From assembly GCF_028641065.1 (NCBI RefSeq), contig NC_073382.1, forward strand, positions 27,032,001-27,096,000: a stretch of 64,000 bases of DNA, in the 5' to 3' direction. A program made the translations under genes and the position numbers. This document shows, piece after piece, positions 8,342-21,864 of the stretch (position 1 is its first letter; each line of letters begins with the position of its first letter). Origin of the DNA: Leucoraja erinacea. Lineage: Eukaryota. A model generated the notes under the pieces. That model was not told where the DNA came from and ran no database searches. It saw only the letters and a program-made list of their open reading frames with translations.

Positions 8342-11300
8342 CAGGGAAGCAACTGTATTACTGTGCTATAACTCAAAAGTCATAAAACTGGGATTTACAA
8401 TAATTTGCTTCTAATAAAATAAAAAGTAGGCAAATAGAAGGAAAATGGTGTAATTGCTGAAAATGCTTGTTTTCCTTGGGATAATTAAAGAAGTACAGCC
8501 CTGTTCAATTCTCTAGCCTTTTCCTTGATGGTTCACCTGGTTCTTTGACCCGGTATATCTTTCTATACTGCCTGCTCCATTGAGTTACTCCAGCACTTTG
8601 TGTCGTAATGTAATGGTGAGAGTGTGCGATATAAGAATGATGCAGTTCACAGGTAATTGATGCCACTGGAAATATCTCATACTTCTATTTCCTATCACAA
8701 CATTTGTGACTAACCCTCAAAATACTGTTATTTGCAGTACGCTCAAATTAATATTAAAAGCAACATTCATACTAAGTTTCACACTGTAAAACAAGACATC
8801 AAAAATGTCAGCATTCCATAATCAACAGTGAACACATTCTTAGGAATGAACAGTTCCTTTTTATTTGCAGGATGAATATTTAAGATTACTATGTATTTGT
8901 GCAATGGCATTTTATTAATCTCTGCAGTCCATCATTTATTTAATGGAAGTTTTATTTTTAAATAGTCCTGCTGCACAGAGTACAGTGACACGGGTCTAAA
9001 TCTAAACGGCTCTTTAATATAGGTTGAAAAAATTGTGTTATTTGACATTGGAAAGGAATCATACTGGATGATGAATGTATAACAAAGTTATTCACAACTG
9101 TAAGTGGTCTAATAGTATCCTTATAAAACTTTCTCATGCAAACATGTTCATACAATATTTGTTTGGTTTCCCCCCCTAAATCTTTGAAGCTTAACCCATA
9201 TTTCCCCTGATTGCATGAAAGAGTGAGAGTTTGCAAGAAAGAGCATGATGAGATTAAATATTTACAACATTTTACAAAATGGAACAGAATGAAATGGTTA
9301 TATGTGGTTGAAAATCAATTTAATCACAAAGCATCACTTCTGTAATGATTCTTGTTCTGAAAATTGTTAATTTGATGATACTTGATGTAATCCTGTTGCA
9401 TAATATGTACATTTTGTCTATGTTCATGCTGGTTAAAGTGTCCCGCTTTGCATCTTGTGATTTGATAATGACAGGAAATTTTACTGTATTTTGTGAAATC
9501 AAATTCAACATCATTGTCATGTCCTGATGGCTTGGCTGATTAATGGCACAATATCAATTTAGTGGGACGCTCATGATGTAAATGCGGTATTTCGCTGTCC
9601 ATTTTAAATGGAGCCGATTTTACTAAAAAATATATTTCATTTGTAAACAAAGACAAATTAAAATTGTAATGTTTATTTCCTACATGGCACTGAAAGGATT
9701 CAGAAAATACTGATAAACTGCCAGGGTTCTATCCATAGTTTGTTAGGAGTAATGGACTCGAGTATATATGTTCAAATATATTTTTTAAATGTGGTCCAAC
9801 ACATAAGTGAAATTAATCAGTTAGAATGCTAACTAATTAATAGAAATGTGAATAGCCTGAAATTAAATATCTTTTGTATTATTGGGAGTGACAGAACCGT
9901 GTGTTATGGTATGTTCTGTGCAATAGATTCTGCTGATTTTGGAGCTGGATTCATTCATCTTTAGTATAATCAGAAAATGAATACCATGATAGAAGTGTAC
10001 TTATCATGTTTTTTTTTAAATTTGGACTCCGATCTACAAAATTAGTTTAAATAAATGCCACAGTTAAATGTAAATTGGCCATGGGAGCAAGGGAGAGAGT
10101 AGAAACCCCTCTAGCTTTGTACGGTCTTTGCTAATGCAGCAATTAGTCTAATGGAGTTGAGGAGAATGCTGGTTAGAGAAAATATAGCTGTATAAGGCAG
10201 TCAGAAAAAATGCTTTGGATGGTGCTCCCAATGGGGCAACCAAATAGTTCAGAGCAGTCCAGCATTGACTAACACAGTACTATATATGGATTGTGCAAAG
10301 CGGACAGAAAGAGTATTATTAAAATACATTTTCTGCAAAGGATAGAGCCAGTAAGAGTTAAGAGCTGACAATCTGGAACAGACATGTCAAAGTGTCAACT
10401 GTTCAATCTATAGGTGGTGCAGTTCCCTGGTGTAACACAATCCATAGTATGGAGACAGCTTCCTCATTGAGTTATCAGCAGGAACCTGGGTGATGATGTC
10501 ATATTCTAGATAATCCAGCAGACAGGAAGAAAGTCTGTCTAAATGTTGGATAGGCGCCAAGATTTAGCAGCAGATTTATTCTGTTAATTTTGTCCCTTGG
10601 CTGTCTTCAGATGAACACTACCACTCCAAATACAGCAAGAAAATTGCTACATTATGGCTGAGTTAATGGTAATCAGTATGCTAATGAGTGCCTCAAGGTC
10701 ATTATAGAAAACAGTGGTTCAAAGATGTATAACCTGGAGATTGAATTGTACTAATTATTTTGGGTAAAAGAGATCCTTATTTATTGGTCATAGAAAAGGG
10801 CTTAGACTTATCTCAGTGCATGTCGAGGAATTTTTAAATGGTCGCACCGTGGCAGGCCAATAACCAGTTTGATTGCGGGCACAGCACTTCGAAATTCAAT
10901 GAAGCGTATTCGATATGTTTGGGGCTAAAGGTAGAATGACAAAGTCATAAGGTTGGAGGGCACATGAGTCAAGGGAGACTCAGGAATCAAAAGGGAGGGT
11001 CTGCCAGAGGTCAGGAACAGGTTGGGGGTTGCTTTTTGTTCACTGGTTCATGGGAGAGAAGGAAGGGAGTTGAGGGAGGCCAGATTGGAAGAGGGCCTAA
11101 ATTCGACAAACAAAGGAGTGAGTGGGATCAATCACTTTGGAGGATGTGTTGAGGATCGAGTAAGTAAAGAAATTCAAGATGGGGCTGGAAATCTGGATAT
11201 GTAGGTGTTCCCTAAAATGCTGTTTATACAAAAATCATATTTTTTCCCTCTGAGTGGGACACAATTTTGATGATTTCTTGACAAAATTAAGTCCTTTCAG

Positions 11301-11577
11301 AAATTTTATTGCACGCCTTTGGTACATAAACCTACCTAATGCAAATGGCTTTACTGAATGAGCCCATACAGCCACGAGTTTATAGTGTTCTTTTAAATAA
11401 TCCAATCAGTCCCATTCCCTCTCTGTTTTGTATGTAGCCTTGCAATTTATTCACTGATACGTCTCATTTGGTTCTTTGTCATTATCCTACACTAAGGGAT
11501 AACATGGGTGTTCATAAGGATCACAATTTTTCCACATCATACATTTTACACAATCAAATTGATCATGTTATATTATA

Positions 11578-11957
11578 TACAAAATTCTTAAGGGGTTGGA
11601 CAGGCTAGATGCAGGAAGATTGTTCCCGATGTAGGGGAAGTCCAGAACAAGGGGTCACAGTTTAAGGATAAAGGGGGAATCTTTTAGGACCGAGATGAGA
11701 AAAACATTTTTTACACAGAGAGTGGTGAATCTCTGGTATTCGCTGCCACATAATGTAATTGAGGCCAGTTCATTGGCTATATTTAAGAGGGAGTTAGATG
11801 TGGCCCTTGTGGCTAAAGGGATCAGGGGGTATGGAGAGAAGGCAGGTACAGGATACTGAGTTGGATGATCAGCCATGATTATATTGAATGGCGGTGCAGG
11901 CTTGAAGGGCCGAATGGCCTACTCCTGCGCCTATTTTCTATGTTTCTATGTCTATGT
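11578..11957 (+). mobile_element. CR1 LINE 3' fragment (young subfamily)
   Basis: Near-identical to 62245-62624; (ttctatgt)n tail. Confidence 0.9.
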
Positions 11958-12139
11958 TTAATGATGTCAGTACCCTGTTGAAGAAGTTAGCTCACATGAA
12001 ACATGAGCCTTCCAAGCTGAGCGGCTGACAAATCAGAACATCATAGCATTGAAGGCCGTCAAAGGTTTGTTACCACGATTCATTGAATTCATCACACTAA
12101 ACATGCTTATGTTCATATTTGCACCACTACAGAGAACGA

Positions 12140-12337
12140 GCCACAGATGGCTGTGGAGACCAAGTTGATGGATATTTTTAAGGCAGAGATTGATAGATAC
12201 TTGATTGGTAAGTGTGTCAGGGGTTATGGGGAGAAGGCAAGAGAATGGGGTTGTGAGTGAAAGATAAATCAGCCACGACTGAATTGCGGAGTAGACTTGA
12301 TTGGCCGAATGGCTTAATTCTGCTCAATCACTTGTGA
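12140..12337 (+). mobile_element. CR1 LINE 3' end
   Basis: ggatatttttaaggcagagattgatagatacttgattgg...ggccgaatggcttaattctgctc, same subfamily as 326-515. Confidence 0.75.
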
Positions 12338-12539
12338 AACAGCCCTAGTTAGGCAATACATGTTTGAAACCGTCTGTGGTGAACAAGGAATGGAGGAGGG
12401 TTGGTTGAAAGAGAGGTTGAGGAGAAAGAGTTACAGGGGTCAGATCAAAGGCTATAAGCGTGACAATGAATAGACTGTCAAATAATGATAGAGAGATAGG
12501 ATAGGGTTTGGAAGAAAGTGGAGATTGGGAACTGTGAAG

Positions 12540-12830
12540 GAAGGTACTTCAGATGTTGGTTTACACTGAAGATAAACATAAAAGTGTTGGAGTAACTCAG
12601 CTGGTCAGGCAGCATCTCTGGAGAAAAGGAATAGGTGATATTTGGGTCAAGAGTAGACCCTTCTTCAGATTGAGAATATGGGGAGAGGGAAAGGTTGATG
12701 TATGAAAAGGTTTAGAACAAATCAGAACCAGTACAGATGACCAAAAAAAAGGTAGAGACCACAATGGTCCATTGTTGGTTGTAGAAGAGGCGATAGCGAA
12801 GGGATATATGAATGCAAATAGTGGAACCGA
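12540..12830 (-). mobile_element. Penelope 3' repeat/UTR fragment
   Basis: gtaactcagctggtcaggcagcatctctggagaaaaggaataggtga...gacccttcttcag followed by purine-rich UTR, as at 40703-41020. Confidence 0.7.
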
Positions 12831-13167
12831 ACAATGGGAATTGTACGTCAGGATTCAGGGGACAGAGGTGATTAACTATCCTGTGGGGTGGAAATGAGAG
12901 GGAGGTTGAGAGGTGGCAGTAGGGACCATTAGATTTGGATAGAAGAGGGAGGGAAACTTTGGAAATGGAAAATAGGAGGATTGTCTTCAGGCAAGCATGA
13001 GGAAGAGAAACTCAGGAATATGGTGGATGTGGAGCCAAATATCTCCAAATCCATGGAGGAACAACCATATAAAGTAACAATCATCCAAAACAACTACAGT
13101 AATGATCAAATGTCCAACAATGTTATCCTCATTTGACTGTGAAATAGTTTCAATTAGCAATCAATCA

Positions 13168-13435
13168 ACAGGAATGTCCTTTGGCCCACAATGTCTGCAC
13201 CGAACATGATGTCAAGTGAAACTAATCACATCGGATTGCACATAATCCATATCCCTCCATTCCCTGCATATCTCTGAAATGCCAATATCATATCTGCCTT
13301 CATCACCACCTTTACCAGTACATCCCAGGCACCACCGCCCTCTGGGTAAGAAAAGGGGCCTGCATATCTCTGTTAAAAATTACCCCTATCATCCTAAAGC
13401 AACGACCTCTAGTCTTTGATATTTCCATGCTGAGA
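13168..13435 (-). mobile_element. HER1-type CR1 3' fragment
   Basis: caggaatgtcctttggcccacaatgtctgcaccgaacatgatg...ccaggcaccaccgccctctgggtaagaaaa; antisense of the tail at 42610-42680. Confidence 0.6.
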
Positions 13436-13630
13436 AAATATAGGACTTCCTTCAGGAGCGTTATTGACATTAAATACAGGTGGGAGACATGACATGCACA
13501 GTTAAATACCAATATAACCTGACAGTATATTAAAGTTGTCACTTAAACCTGATGTTTTACCTCTGAGGATCCTGAGAGAACTTGAAGAGAGAAAAATGGA
13601 AGCTCAGGCTTTCACCATCTCTGATCACAA

Positions 13631-13926
13631 AGGCGGCAAAGTGACGCATCTGTAGAGTTGCTGCCTTACAGCGCCAGAGACCCAGGTTTAATCCTGACTA
13701 CAAGTGTTGTCTGTATGATGTTCATCCATTTGCCCTGTGACCATTTGGATTTTCTCCAGGTACTCCCGTTTCCTCCCACCTTCCAAAGACATGCAGGCTT
13801 GTCGGTAAATTGGCTTCTGTAAATTGTCCCAAGTGTGTAGGATAGAACTAGGTATGGGTGATCATTGGTCGGCACTGACTCGATAGGCTGACGGGCCTGT
13901 TTTCACGCTGTATCACTAAACTAAAC
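13631..13926 (+). mobile_element. V-SINE (HE1-like)
   Basis: aggcggcaaagtgacgcatctgtagagttgctgccttacagcgccagagacccagg head, V-core, (ctaaa)n tail. Confidence 0.85.
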
Positions 13927-13929
13927 ACA

Positions 13930-14265
13930 AGAAAGCAGGAGTAGTAGTTAGCCACCTGGTCCCTCAAACTGCTATCCAATTTGATCAAAACTAATTTGTC
14001 CCAGGCCTTCTATGCCACATCCGCATCACCCTCACTCTCCAATCTTTAAAACAATTATCTACATCCACTTGTCCTTCCGCAACTGTCTGTCACAGAATTC
14101 CAGAAACTGACCACTCTCTAGAAGAAATGTCCATGTATATAAGTTTTAAATGTAACCATGTCTCCACTTTCATGACTTTTCCACGTGGAATTATCTTGCC
14201 ATCTACTCTATCAACCCCCCTTATGATCTTATATGTTTCAATAAGATAATCCTATTCTCCATTCA
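13930..14265 (-). mobile_element. Old CR1 3' fragment
   Basis: agaaagcaggagtag...cagaattccagaaactgaccactctc...atcttatatgtttcaataagat antisense CR1 motifs. Confidence 0.55.
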
Positions 14266-15142
14266 AAAGGAGACAGACCTTGAAACCATTCTTGAAATCG
14301 AGAAAATCTTCTGGAAACATAGAGATCGATAGTTAAACCTGGAAAGTAAAAGCCAAGTTATTCCTATTGGAGGGTTATGGTATGAGTGCAGGCAGGTGGG
14401 ACTAAGGGAAAAAAGCTGTTCGGCACGGACTTGTAGGGCCGAGATGGCCTGTTTCCGTGCTGTAATTGTTATATGGTTATATTGCACTCCTGAAATATTT
14501 TTCATCTTTGTCACAGAGAAAGAAAATCTGCAATTGTTATAAGACCAGGAATAAAAGCCAGCAAGGATATGGTTCTTTAAAAAGCATAGTAAAGGCCTGT
14601 GTCTGTCCTCTTTGATACCAAAATCCTAAGAGATTAGGTAGTAAACAAGTGACTTGACATGCCTACAAGCCAAATGCTTCATTGATTTTGATGTCATCAG
14701 GGGTACTAACAAAACTGTCTGAAATTACTGGCTTTCTGATCTAAAAAAAGATGTACTTACCCAAGAGGGAATGTAGCGATGATTAGATTGATAATTGAGA
14801 ACTAGACTGGTTTCTGGGATGACGGGTTAAACTCTACGCGGAGAGATTGAGTATACTAGGCCAGTATTTTCTAGAGTTTGGAAGAATGGGAGATCACATT
14901 GAAACTTACTGTTCTCAGCAAGATGAATGCTTTGGTGATGTTTGCCCTGGTTGAAGGATCTGAATACGGATTGTCCTCAAAATAAAATTAGGCCATTTGG
15001 GACTGAGATGAGGAAAAACATCTTCATTCAGAGGGTGGCGAATCTTCAGAATTGTCTTTCCTAGAGGCCGGTGAAAGGTCAGTCCCTACATATACATTTG
15101 TAATGGAGATCAATTGATTTCTATATATTAAGGGAATTGAGA

Positions 15143-16578
15143 TGGCCTTCATAACAAGAGGATTTTTTTTTAGTATGTCCTAATGTGAGTTTTTAATGTT
15201 CCTCTGTGTGTCTTGTGTGGGGGGGGGTTAGGGGGAAACCGGTTCGGTTGCCTCCTCCACGGAAAAGCGACTTTTTCCATGTCGCCTCCCCCGCGACCTA
15301 ACAGCAAGGATCGGTGCGGCCTTTCCCAGAGATGCGCCCGGAGCTTCAGCAGCGGGCACAGCGCGGACTCTCGTCGCAGAGCGGGTGAGCCCTCGTGGGG
15401 AGTCGCCGGAGTGGAGTGCTCCATTCGTTGGCCCACGGCAGCCTGAAGCCGTGGTCTGCAGAGCTCCGGCCGGCGTGGCGTCCTGGACCTGGAATCCCTC
15501 GTTGGGAACCCAGGAGAAGAAGAAGCTCCCACCGCCGGCCCGCAGCCAACTTCTACCGCGGGTGAGGCGTGGACTTACAATCAGGAGCAGGGTCCCTTGC
15601 CGGGGATCACTGGAGGGGAGCTTCAACTGCAGCCCTGCGGTCTGTGGCGCTTCTGGCTGCGGGGCGGCGGGAACTTTAAATCTCCGACCGCCGGCCTGCG
15701 GCCTACACCAACCTGAAGCCGTCGTGTCCGGTGGGGAGGCACCGATTCAGGACTTACCTGGATTTTTTACTTAGTCTGCACATCTGGACGTCCGCAGTGG
15801 CAGCTGCGGGTTGAGGTCCCGACCACGGGGAAAAATGGAGGAGGACTGGCCAAATTTTTGCCTTCCACCACAGTGATAAATGCTGTGGGGGATGATTGTG
15901 TTAAATTTTTAGTGTGTTTTTGTGTGTTCTTTTTCATTTTACCGCTGCTGGGAAATTCATTTCACTTGCACTTTATGTGAGTAGAGAAGTTCTTCTGCAG
16001 TTGTATACGGCTCTGGTAATACCACATCTGGAGTATTGTGTACCATTTTGGTCTCCTAATTTGAGGAAGGACATCCTTGTGATTGAGGCAGTGCAGCGTA
16101 GGTTCATGAGATTGATCCCTGGGATGGCGGGACTGTCGTGTGAGGAAAGATTGAAAAGACTAGGCTTGTATTCACTGGAGTTTAGAAGGATGAGGAGTGT
16201 TCTTATAGAAACATATAAAATTATAAAAGCTAGATGTAGGAAAAAGTCCCGAAGTTGGGCGAGTCCAGAACCGGGGGCCACAGTCTTAGAATAAAGGGGA
16301 GGCAATTTAAGACTGAGGTGAGAAAAACTTTTTCACCCAGAGAGTTGTGAATTTGTGGAATTCCCTGCCACAGAGGGCAGTGGAGGCCAAATCACTGGAT
16401 GGATTTAATAGAGAGTTAGATAGAGCTCTAGGGGCTAGTGGAATCAAGGGATATGGGGAGAAGGCAGGCACGGGTTATTGATTGGGGACGATCAGCCATG
16501 ATCGCAATGAATGGCGGTGCTGGCTTGAAGGGCCGAATGGCCTCCTCCTGCACCTATTTTCTATGTTTCGATGTTTCT
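15143..16578 (+). mobile_element. Younger CR1 3' fragment (15143-15164 plus 15979-16578)
   Basis: RT C-terminal peptide EVLLQLYTALVIPHLEYCVPFWSPNLRKDILVIEAVQRRF in ORF 15914-16294; tail ttctatgtttcgatgtttctat. Confidence 0.85.
15165..15978 (+). mobile_element. Second, diverged member of the GC-rich Rex1-tail retroposon family (tail-less)
   Basis: Same layout as 1180-2041: T-rich tract, G-run, hairpin, GC-rich body, ttttgccttccaccacagtga box, TG-rich tract, catttcacttgcac half stem. Confidence 0.65.
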
Positions 16579-17809
16579 ATATGGAAATAGTGCTGTTAAG
16601 AAGCATTAAGGTAAATGCAGCTGTGATCTTGATGGCCTGTAGAACAAGCTCAAGGGGCTACCAACATCTGCTCCTATTTCTTCTGTTGTTATGACTGACA
16701 TCAGAGAGCTGAACTATCCAACAAGAGTCATGAAAGTTGATTAATGGATGGGATGACGTTTCTTTGGATATTAAAGATGCATAACATTATGTTTTTGGCA
16801 CCAAAGTTTTGATCTTTAGCCCTGAGTGTTTTGTTAGTTCTTTGAGAGTTCCTTTAATTTTCTGTGGTATCATTTCTTTGGTATATCTCGGAAGGAAAAG
16901 TTAAGCTACGTATAGACATGTTTAAATAATTTAGGTAAGTTTTCCCAAATTTAACATGAATGAGATACTAGATGCATTTGGAACGGAGGTAGCTGGAAGG
17001 TGATATTTAAGTTGTAAACGTTTATAATTCTAGATTGTTTTAAATTAAAAATTAGTTGTTTGAACTATTTTAAGACTCAGGAAACTACTAAGGGTAGGAT
17101 TATTATTTTTTAAACTACAGTGCAGGCAAACAAGATCTAACAGCATTATTCTGTGCTCCAGCATTCAACGCTTCTGATTCTTGCCCGGTGAATTTCATTT
17201 CCAACCCTTCTGTCTGCTCACTAACTGCCAACAGTTCCAAGCCGCACTGCCTCATATAAGTCACAAGCCTAACTCTACCCTCATTCAGGTGCTTTGCTAT
17301 ATTATATTGATTGCACTTCGCCTCCAAATCAGTAGCATTGTGAGTTTGTCCCACTCGAGAGCCTTGAACTGAAAAATATCAACTGACTCATCAGTACAGT
17401 TGTTCGGAAGCATCAAAGCATTGGAAGTGCTACAGACATCAACCTAGAAGTTAGATCGAAATATGCCTGTCTTTTTATGCAAAAATTCATCATCTAAATA
17501 ATTAAATGTTTTTTAAAACAATAGTGACTATTTCCTGCCGCAATCGCATCCATTATGAAACTGCAGCATTTAATTCTATATTTGATTCACCTTCACACTG
17601 CTAACATTTCCTCAGATCATTTGCACATGTAATGACATTGCAGTAATCATCTCTGCCTTAAGGACTGTATTGGAACAATACGATGCAACCTATAACTTGT
17701 GTGTTTTTCAATTCACAGAAAACTCCATAGCTTGTCACCAGTTTTTTAGTTAAATTAAATTAATTTTTTTCATTCGTATTCGTATGAAATAAAATGCACA
17801 TCTCTCTTT

Positions 17810-18050
17810 TTGTGAAGAACAGGAGAGTATTTCTGCCTCACATTTTTGTCCATGGCAGCACCTGAAATGGACATTATTTGGTCAACTACTTAATTGCTGT
17901 TTGGGAGACCTGGCTGTTCATTTACTGGCTGCCTCATTTTGTCACACTGCAGACATAACTGTTCTTCAAATGTACATCGCAGGCTGTAAAGCATTTTGAG
18001 AAGTAATAAGGTTGTGCAAGGCACTGAATAAATTCAAATTATTTCTATTC
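17810..18050 (+). mobile_element. Deu-domain SINE remnant, 3' half
   Basis: attatttggtca...attgctgtttgggagacctggctgt...ggctgcc...cttcaaatgtacatcgcaggctgtaaagcattttgag...aaggcactgaataaattcaa matches the AmnSINE1/SacSINE1 3' part as recalled. Confidence 0.65.
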
Positions 18051-20769
18051 CTTTAATGCTGCTGACAAAGAAATTGATTTGAATTTGAGCATTCATAAGT
18101 TACAGGAAAATAATGAAAAAGTTATTTGTTAAGGGTTTGCTTGCGACAAATGGACTCATTTAAAAGCAACAATTGGGAGAATCCATCTCTGCAATGCATT
18201 TTCATTTTGAAGGATATGTGACTTGGGTTGGATCATGTTTCTGATATACCAAATAGTAACAAATACTAAGAGGGTAATGTCAAATATCTTTCTGAGCATT
18301 CAGTATTTATTTGGGGTAATTTATAGCAGAGGGGTAACATAACTAGTTTTCTGATTAACCTTTCTGACAATTTAATTGGATCCACTTTTAACCAACTAAC
18401 AATATTAACTGTTTTTCAGAGAATGATAAAAAATCCATACAATTAAGCAACTTTCATGAGTTAACGTTAACCTCCCATCATTTTTACTTGTATTTCAACA
18501 GTCATTCAGTACAGTAAATAGTTGTGTGTTTGATTTTTGAGCATCACAATGCTGTCTTGAACATTAAACAATAGAATTGACTGGAGCAATTCTCAGTTCC
18601 TTGTTCTTGGTGCAGGACAATTCCACAGGGAATGTTCATTAGCGGAGTGCTGATTTGTTTGGTTGGAAACAATTTAGAAGAGGTTATTAGCTTCAGCCTC
18701 TCATAGTGCTCACTTATCTTTAATACTAGAAAGAATAGAGACCACTTTAGCCTAAGATTAGGGACAGTTGTAAAATGCACTGTGTCTAATGAAATATTAC
18801 ACTCCTCATAATTTTTATTCTAAAATTTCTTGCTGAGAGGGATTATCTAAATTACTTTTCTCCAGGCAGAATATTTTAGAAGAAAAAATCTGCTTCATTG
18901 TGATTTACAACAAAATTATGTAAAAGACCTGAAGGGTGGCAGAGTTTGATTGCAGTGAGGAGAGACATTACGCGAGGAAAAATGTAATTTCCAGAAAGGA
19001 TGAATCATGTCATTCATAGAATTTAGGGGGTATTATTTAAATTCCCCAGATATTTAACACTATTTACATGCATCTCTCTGTTAAATATTGTATTGCCTTT
19101 TGAAGCATCATACCTATAAACTTACCAAAATTTGTCTACTGCGTTTAACAATAAGGGATGCAATATACTTCCATGGAAATTATTAAAATATGAAAGTGAT
19201 TTACATCATTGCGATGAGTGCAATCATAATGATTTTGTAATCAATTACAGCTAAACATCATAGATTCTTTCATTAATATTTTAACCCTTGTCCTTTACTT
19301 AACAAAAAACTATCTTTCCACATGCCTTCTGACATTCTCTTCCTTCCCTGGCATTCTGTCTTTTTTCAGACGGGTTTGTTAATCATTAATGTCATTGGTT
19401 GGACCCTGTAAGTAATATTACCAATTCCTGAAGTACATCAAATTATACCAGATATCAGGATGCAGCAGAATTGAGAACCTTTAATATGTTTTAAGTATTT
19501 TGTACATTTAGTAATTTAACATTGGATCCAACAGAAAGTTTTCGTGGTCAACATATCGACAATTTTACCATATCATTTTATCATTTTAATATATAAACCC
19601 AAACTATATAGCAAGATTTTTTTTCTAATTTTCCTCTACTGGTGAGCTTTGTACTTTTTAGTGCATCAAACCATTTTACTTGATGGCATTGATCAGATGA
19701 GCATTTTTAAATGTGTTCTTTAAAGACGGCTTGTATAGGGAGATTGCTAGGATGTCTCTGAATAACAAATATTACAAATAGAAATGTACCAAATCATGCA
19801 TTAAATAAAGGACCATGAATAAAACTGATTAATTCGCAACAGATTAAATGATGCACACCATTTTAAAGCTAATTTTAGGAGTATTAATGAAAAACCAGTC
19901 AGAGCAGGGAGGACTAATTTCCATGGGGTAACAAATAAATAAAATATTCAATTCATTTCTGGTGTTTGGTTAGAAGATATACTTCCAAAATACCTTCTCG
20001 TGGAGCAATCTCACATTTTTTAGGGTTATTTGGATCGATTTCATGAATGGAAGCTTTGGCGAAAGAGTTGCACTTAAATTTTAGGTTATGAAAGCAATGT
20101 GTATGTGACCAAGTTAAAAACAGAGACACTGGAATGATTAAAATGCTAATGAGGGAGAGACTGAAGTTATTTCCCCAAAGACCAAAAACAATAAGCAATT
20201 TCTTAGCCTGTCTGCGTAATCAATGAAATGCTCGCACCTTTGGCATTGGGGAGTCTTAGGACCTCAGGAAGAGTTCTTGACATGGGTTTTCCCCTCAGGG
20301 TGCGCAGACCAAGCGAATAAAGGAAAATAACATAATGGCCACTTTCCCTTAAATGATTAAGAAGAGGGGGGAAGTGAAAGAAGGTTGCAAATTTGATTTT
20401 GAAATTTAGATGCAAAGAGAACTACATTTTTATTTATGTATATGCAAGGTAAATAAATGACATGACAAAAGGGTGTGGTCTGGAAATGCATTCCCATCAT
20501 GTTGTATCAGTATTGAATGTGGTAACATTAATCACCACTGGAGAACCTAGAAATGATGAAAGAATCGCTTCTAGGTTCATGTGCATCACACTGCAATCAA
20601 ACACATCCCAATTTGTGTGAACCTTATGTAATTGATATGATTTCCATATTAGTCAGGAAAATGAAAATGTCATTGACTATTTGGATCTGCCCCCAGGAAT
20701 GTCCATTACTAGCACATCCAGGATAGCTATACCTTCCACTTTTATTTCAGATTTGTAGCAGCTGCAGTT

Positions 20770-21862
20770 AGAAACAAAAAAAATAGGTGCAGGAGTAGAC
20801 CATTCGGCCATTTGGCCCCTCAGTACACCGTTCCTGCTTTTTCCTAATATCCCTTGATTCCTTTAGCCCTAAGAACTAAATCTAACCCTCTCTTGAAAAC
20901 ATCCAGTGAATTGGCCTCCACTGCCTCATGTGGCAGATAATTCCACAGATTCACAACTCTCTGGGTTAAAAAGATTTTCCCCATCTCAGTCCCAATTGGC
21001 ATACCCCTTATTCTTAAACTGTGACCCCTGGTTCTGGACTCTCCCAACATCGGGAACATGTTCCTGCATCTAGCCTGTCCAATCCTTTAAGCATTTTATA
21101 TGTTTCTATAAGATACCCTCTCATCCTTCTAAATTCCAGTGAATACAAGCCCAGTTGACACATTCTTTCATCATATGTCAGTCTCGCCATCCCGGGAATT
21201 AACCTGATGAACCTACGCTGCACTTCCTCAATAGCAATAATGTCCTTCTTCAAATTAGGAGACCATAATTGCACACAATACCCCAGGTGTGGTCTCACCA
21301 AGGTCCTCTACAACTGCAGTAGGACCTCATTGCTCCTAAACTCAAATCCTCTTGCAATGAAGGCCAACAGCCTGCTGTACCTGCATGCTTATTTTCAGTG
21401 ACTGATGTACAAGCACACCCAGGTCTCGTTGCACATCCCCTTTTTCTAATCTGACACTATTCAGATATTTATCTGCCTCCCTGGTCTTGCCACCAAAGTG
21501 GATAACCTCACATTTAGCAACATTATACTGCATCTGCCATGCATCTGCCCACTCACCCAACATATTCAAGTCACACTGCAGCCTCATAGCATCCTCATCA
21601 CAGCTCACACTGCCACCCATCCTTGCGTCATCCGCAAACTTGGAGATGTCAGATTTAATTCCCTTGTCTAAATCGTTAATATATATTGTAAATAACTGGG
21701 GTCCCAGCTGCACCTCACTAGTCACTGCCTGCCATTCAGAAAAGGACCCGTTAATTCCTACACATCTTCCTGTCTGCCAACCAGTTCTCTTTCCATGTCA
21801 ATACCCTACCCCCAATACCATGTGCTCTAATTTTGCACACTAATCCCTTGTGTTGGACTTTA
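20770..21862 (-). mobile_element. CR1 LINE 3' ~1.1 kb (RT pseudogene)
   Basis: ORFs 21342-21725 (LGPQLFTIYINDLD..ISKFADD), 21014-21301 and 20844-21059; antisense tail. Confidence 0.92.
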
Positions 21863-21864
21863 TG

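Larger units (their letters stand above)
14740..16695 (+). mobile_element. Old CR1 3' part (14740-15142 and 16580-16695) hosting a younger CR1 insertion
   Basis: gggactgagatgaggaaaaacatcttcattcagagggtggcgaatctt...aagggaattgag, resuming at tatggaaatag...caagctcaaggggcta...ctgctcctatttctt. Confidence 0.55.
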
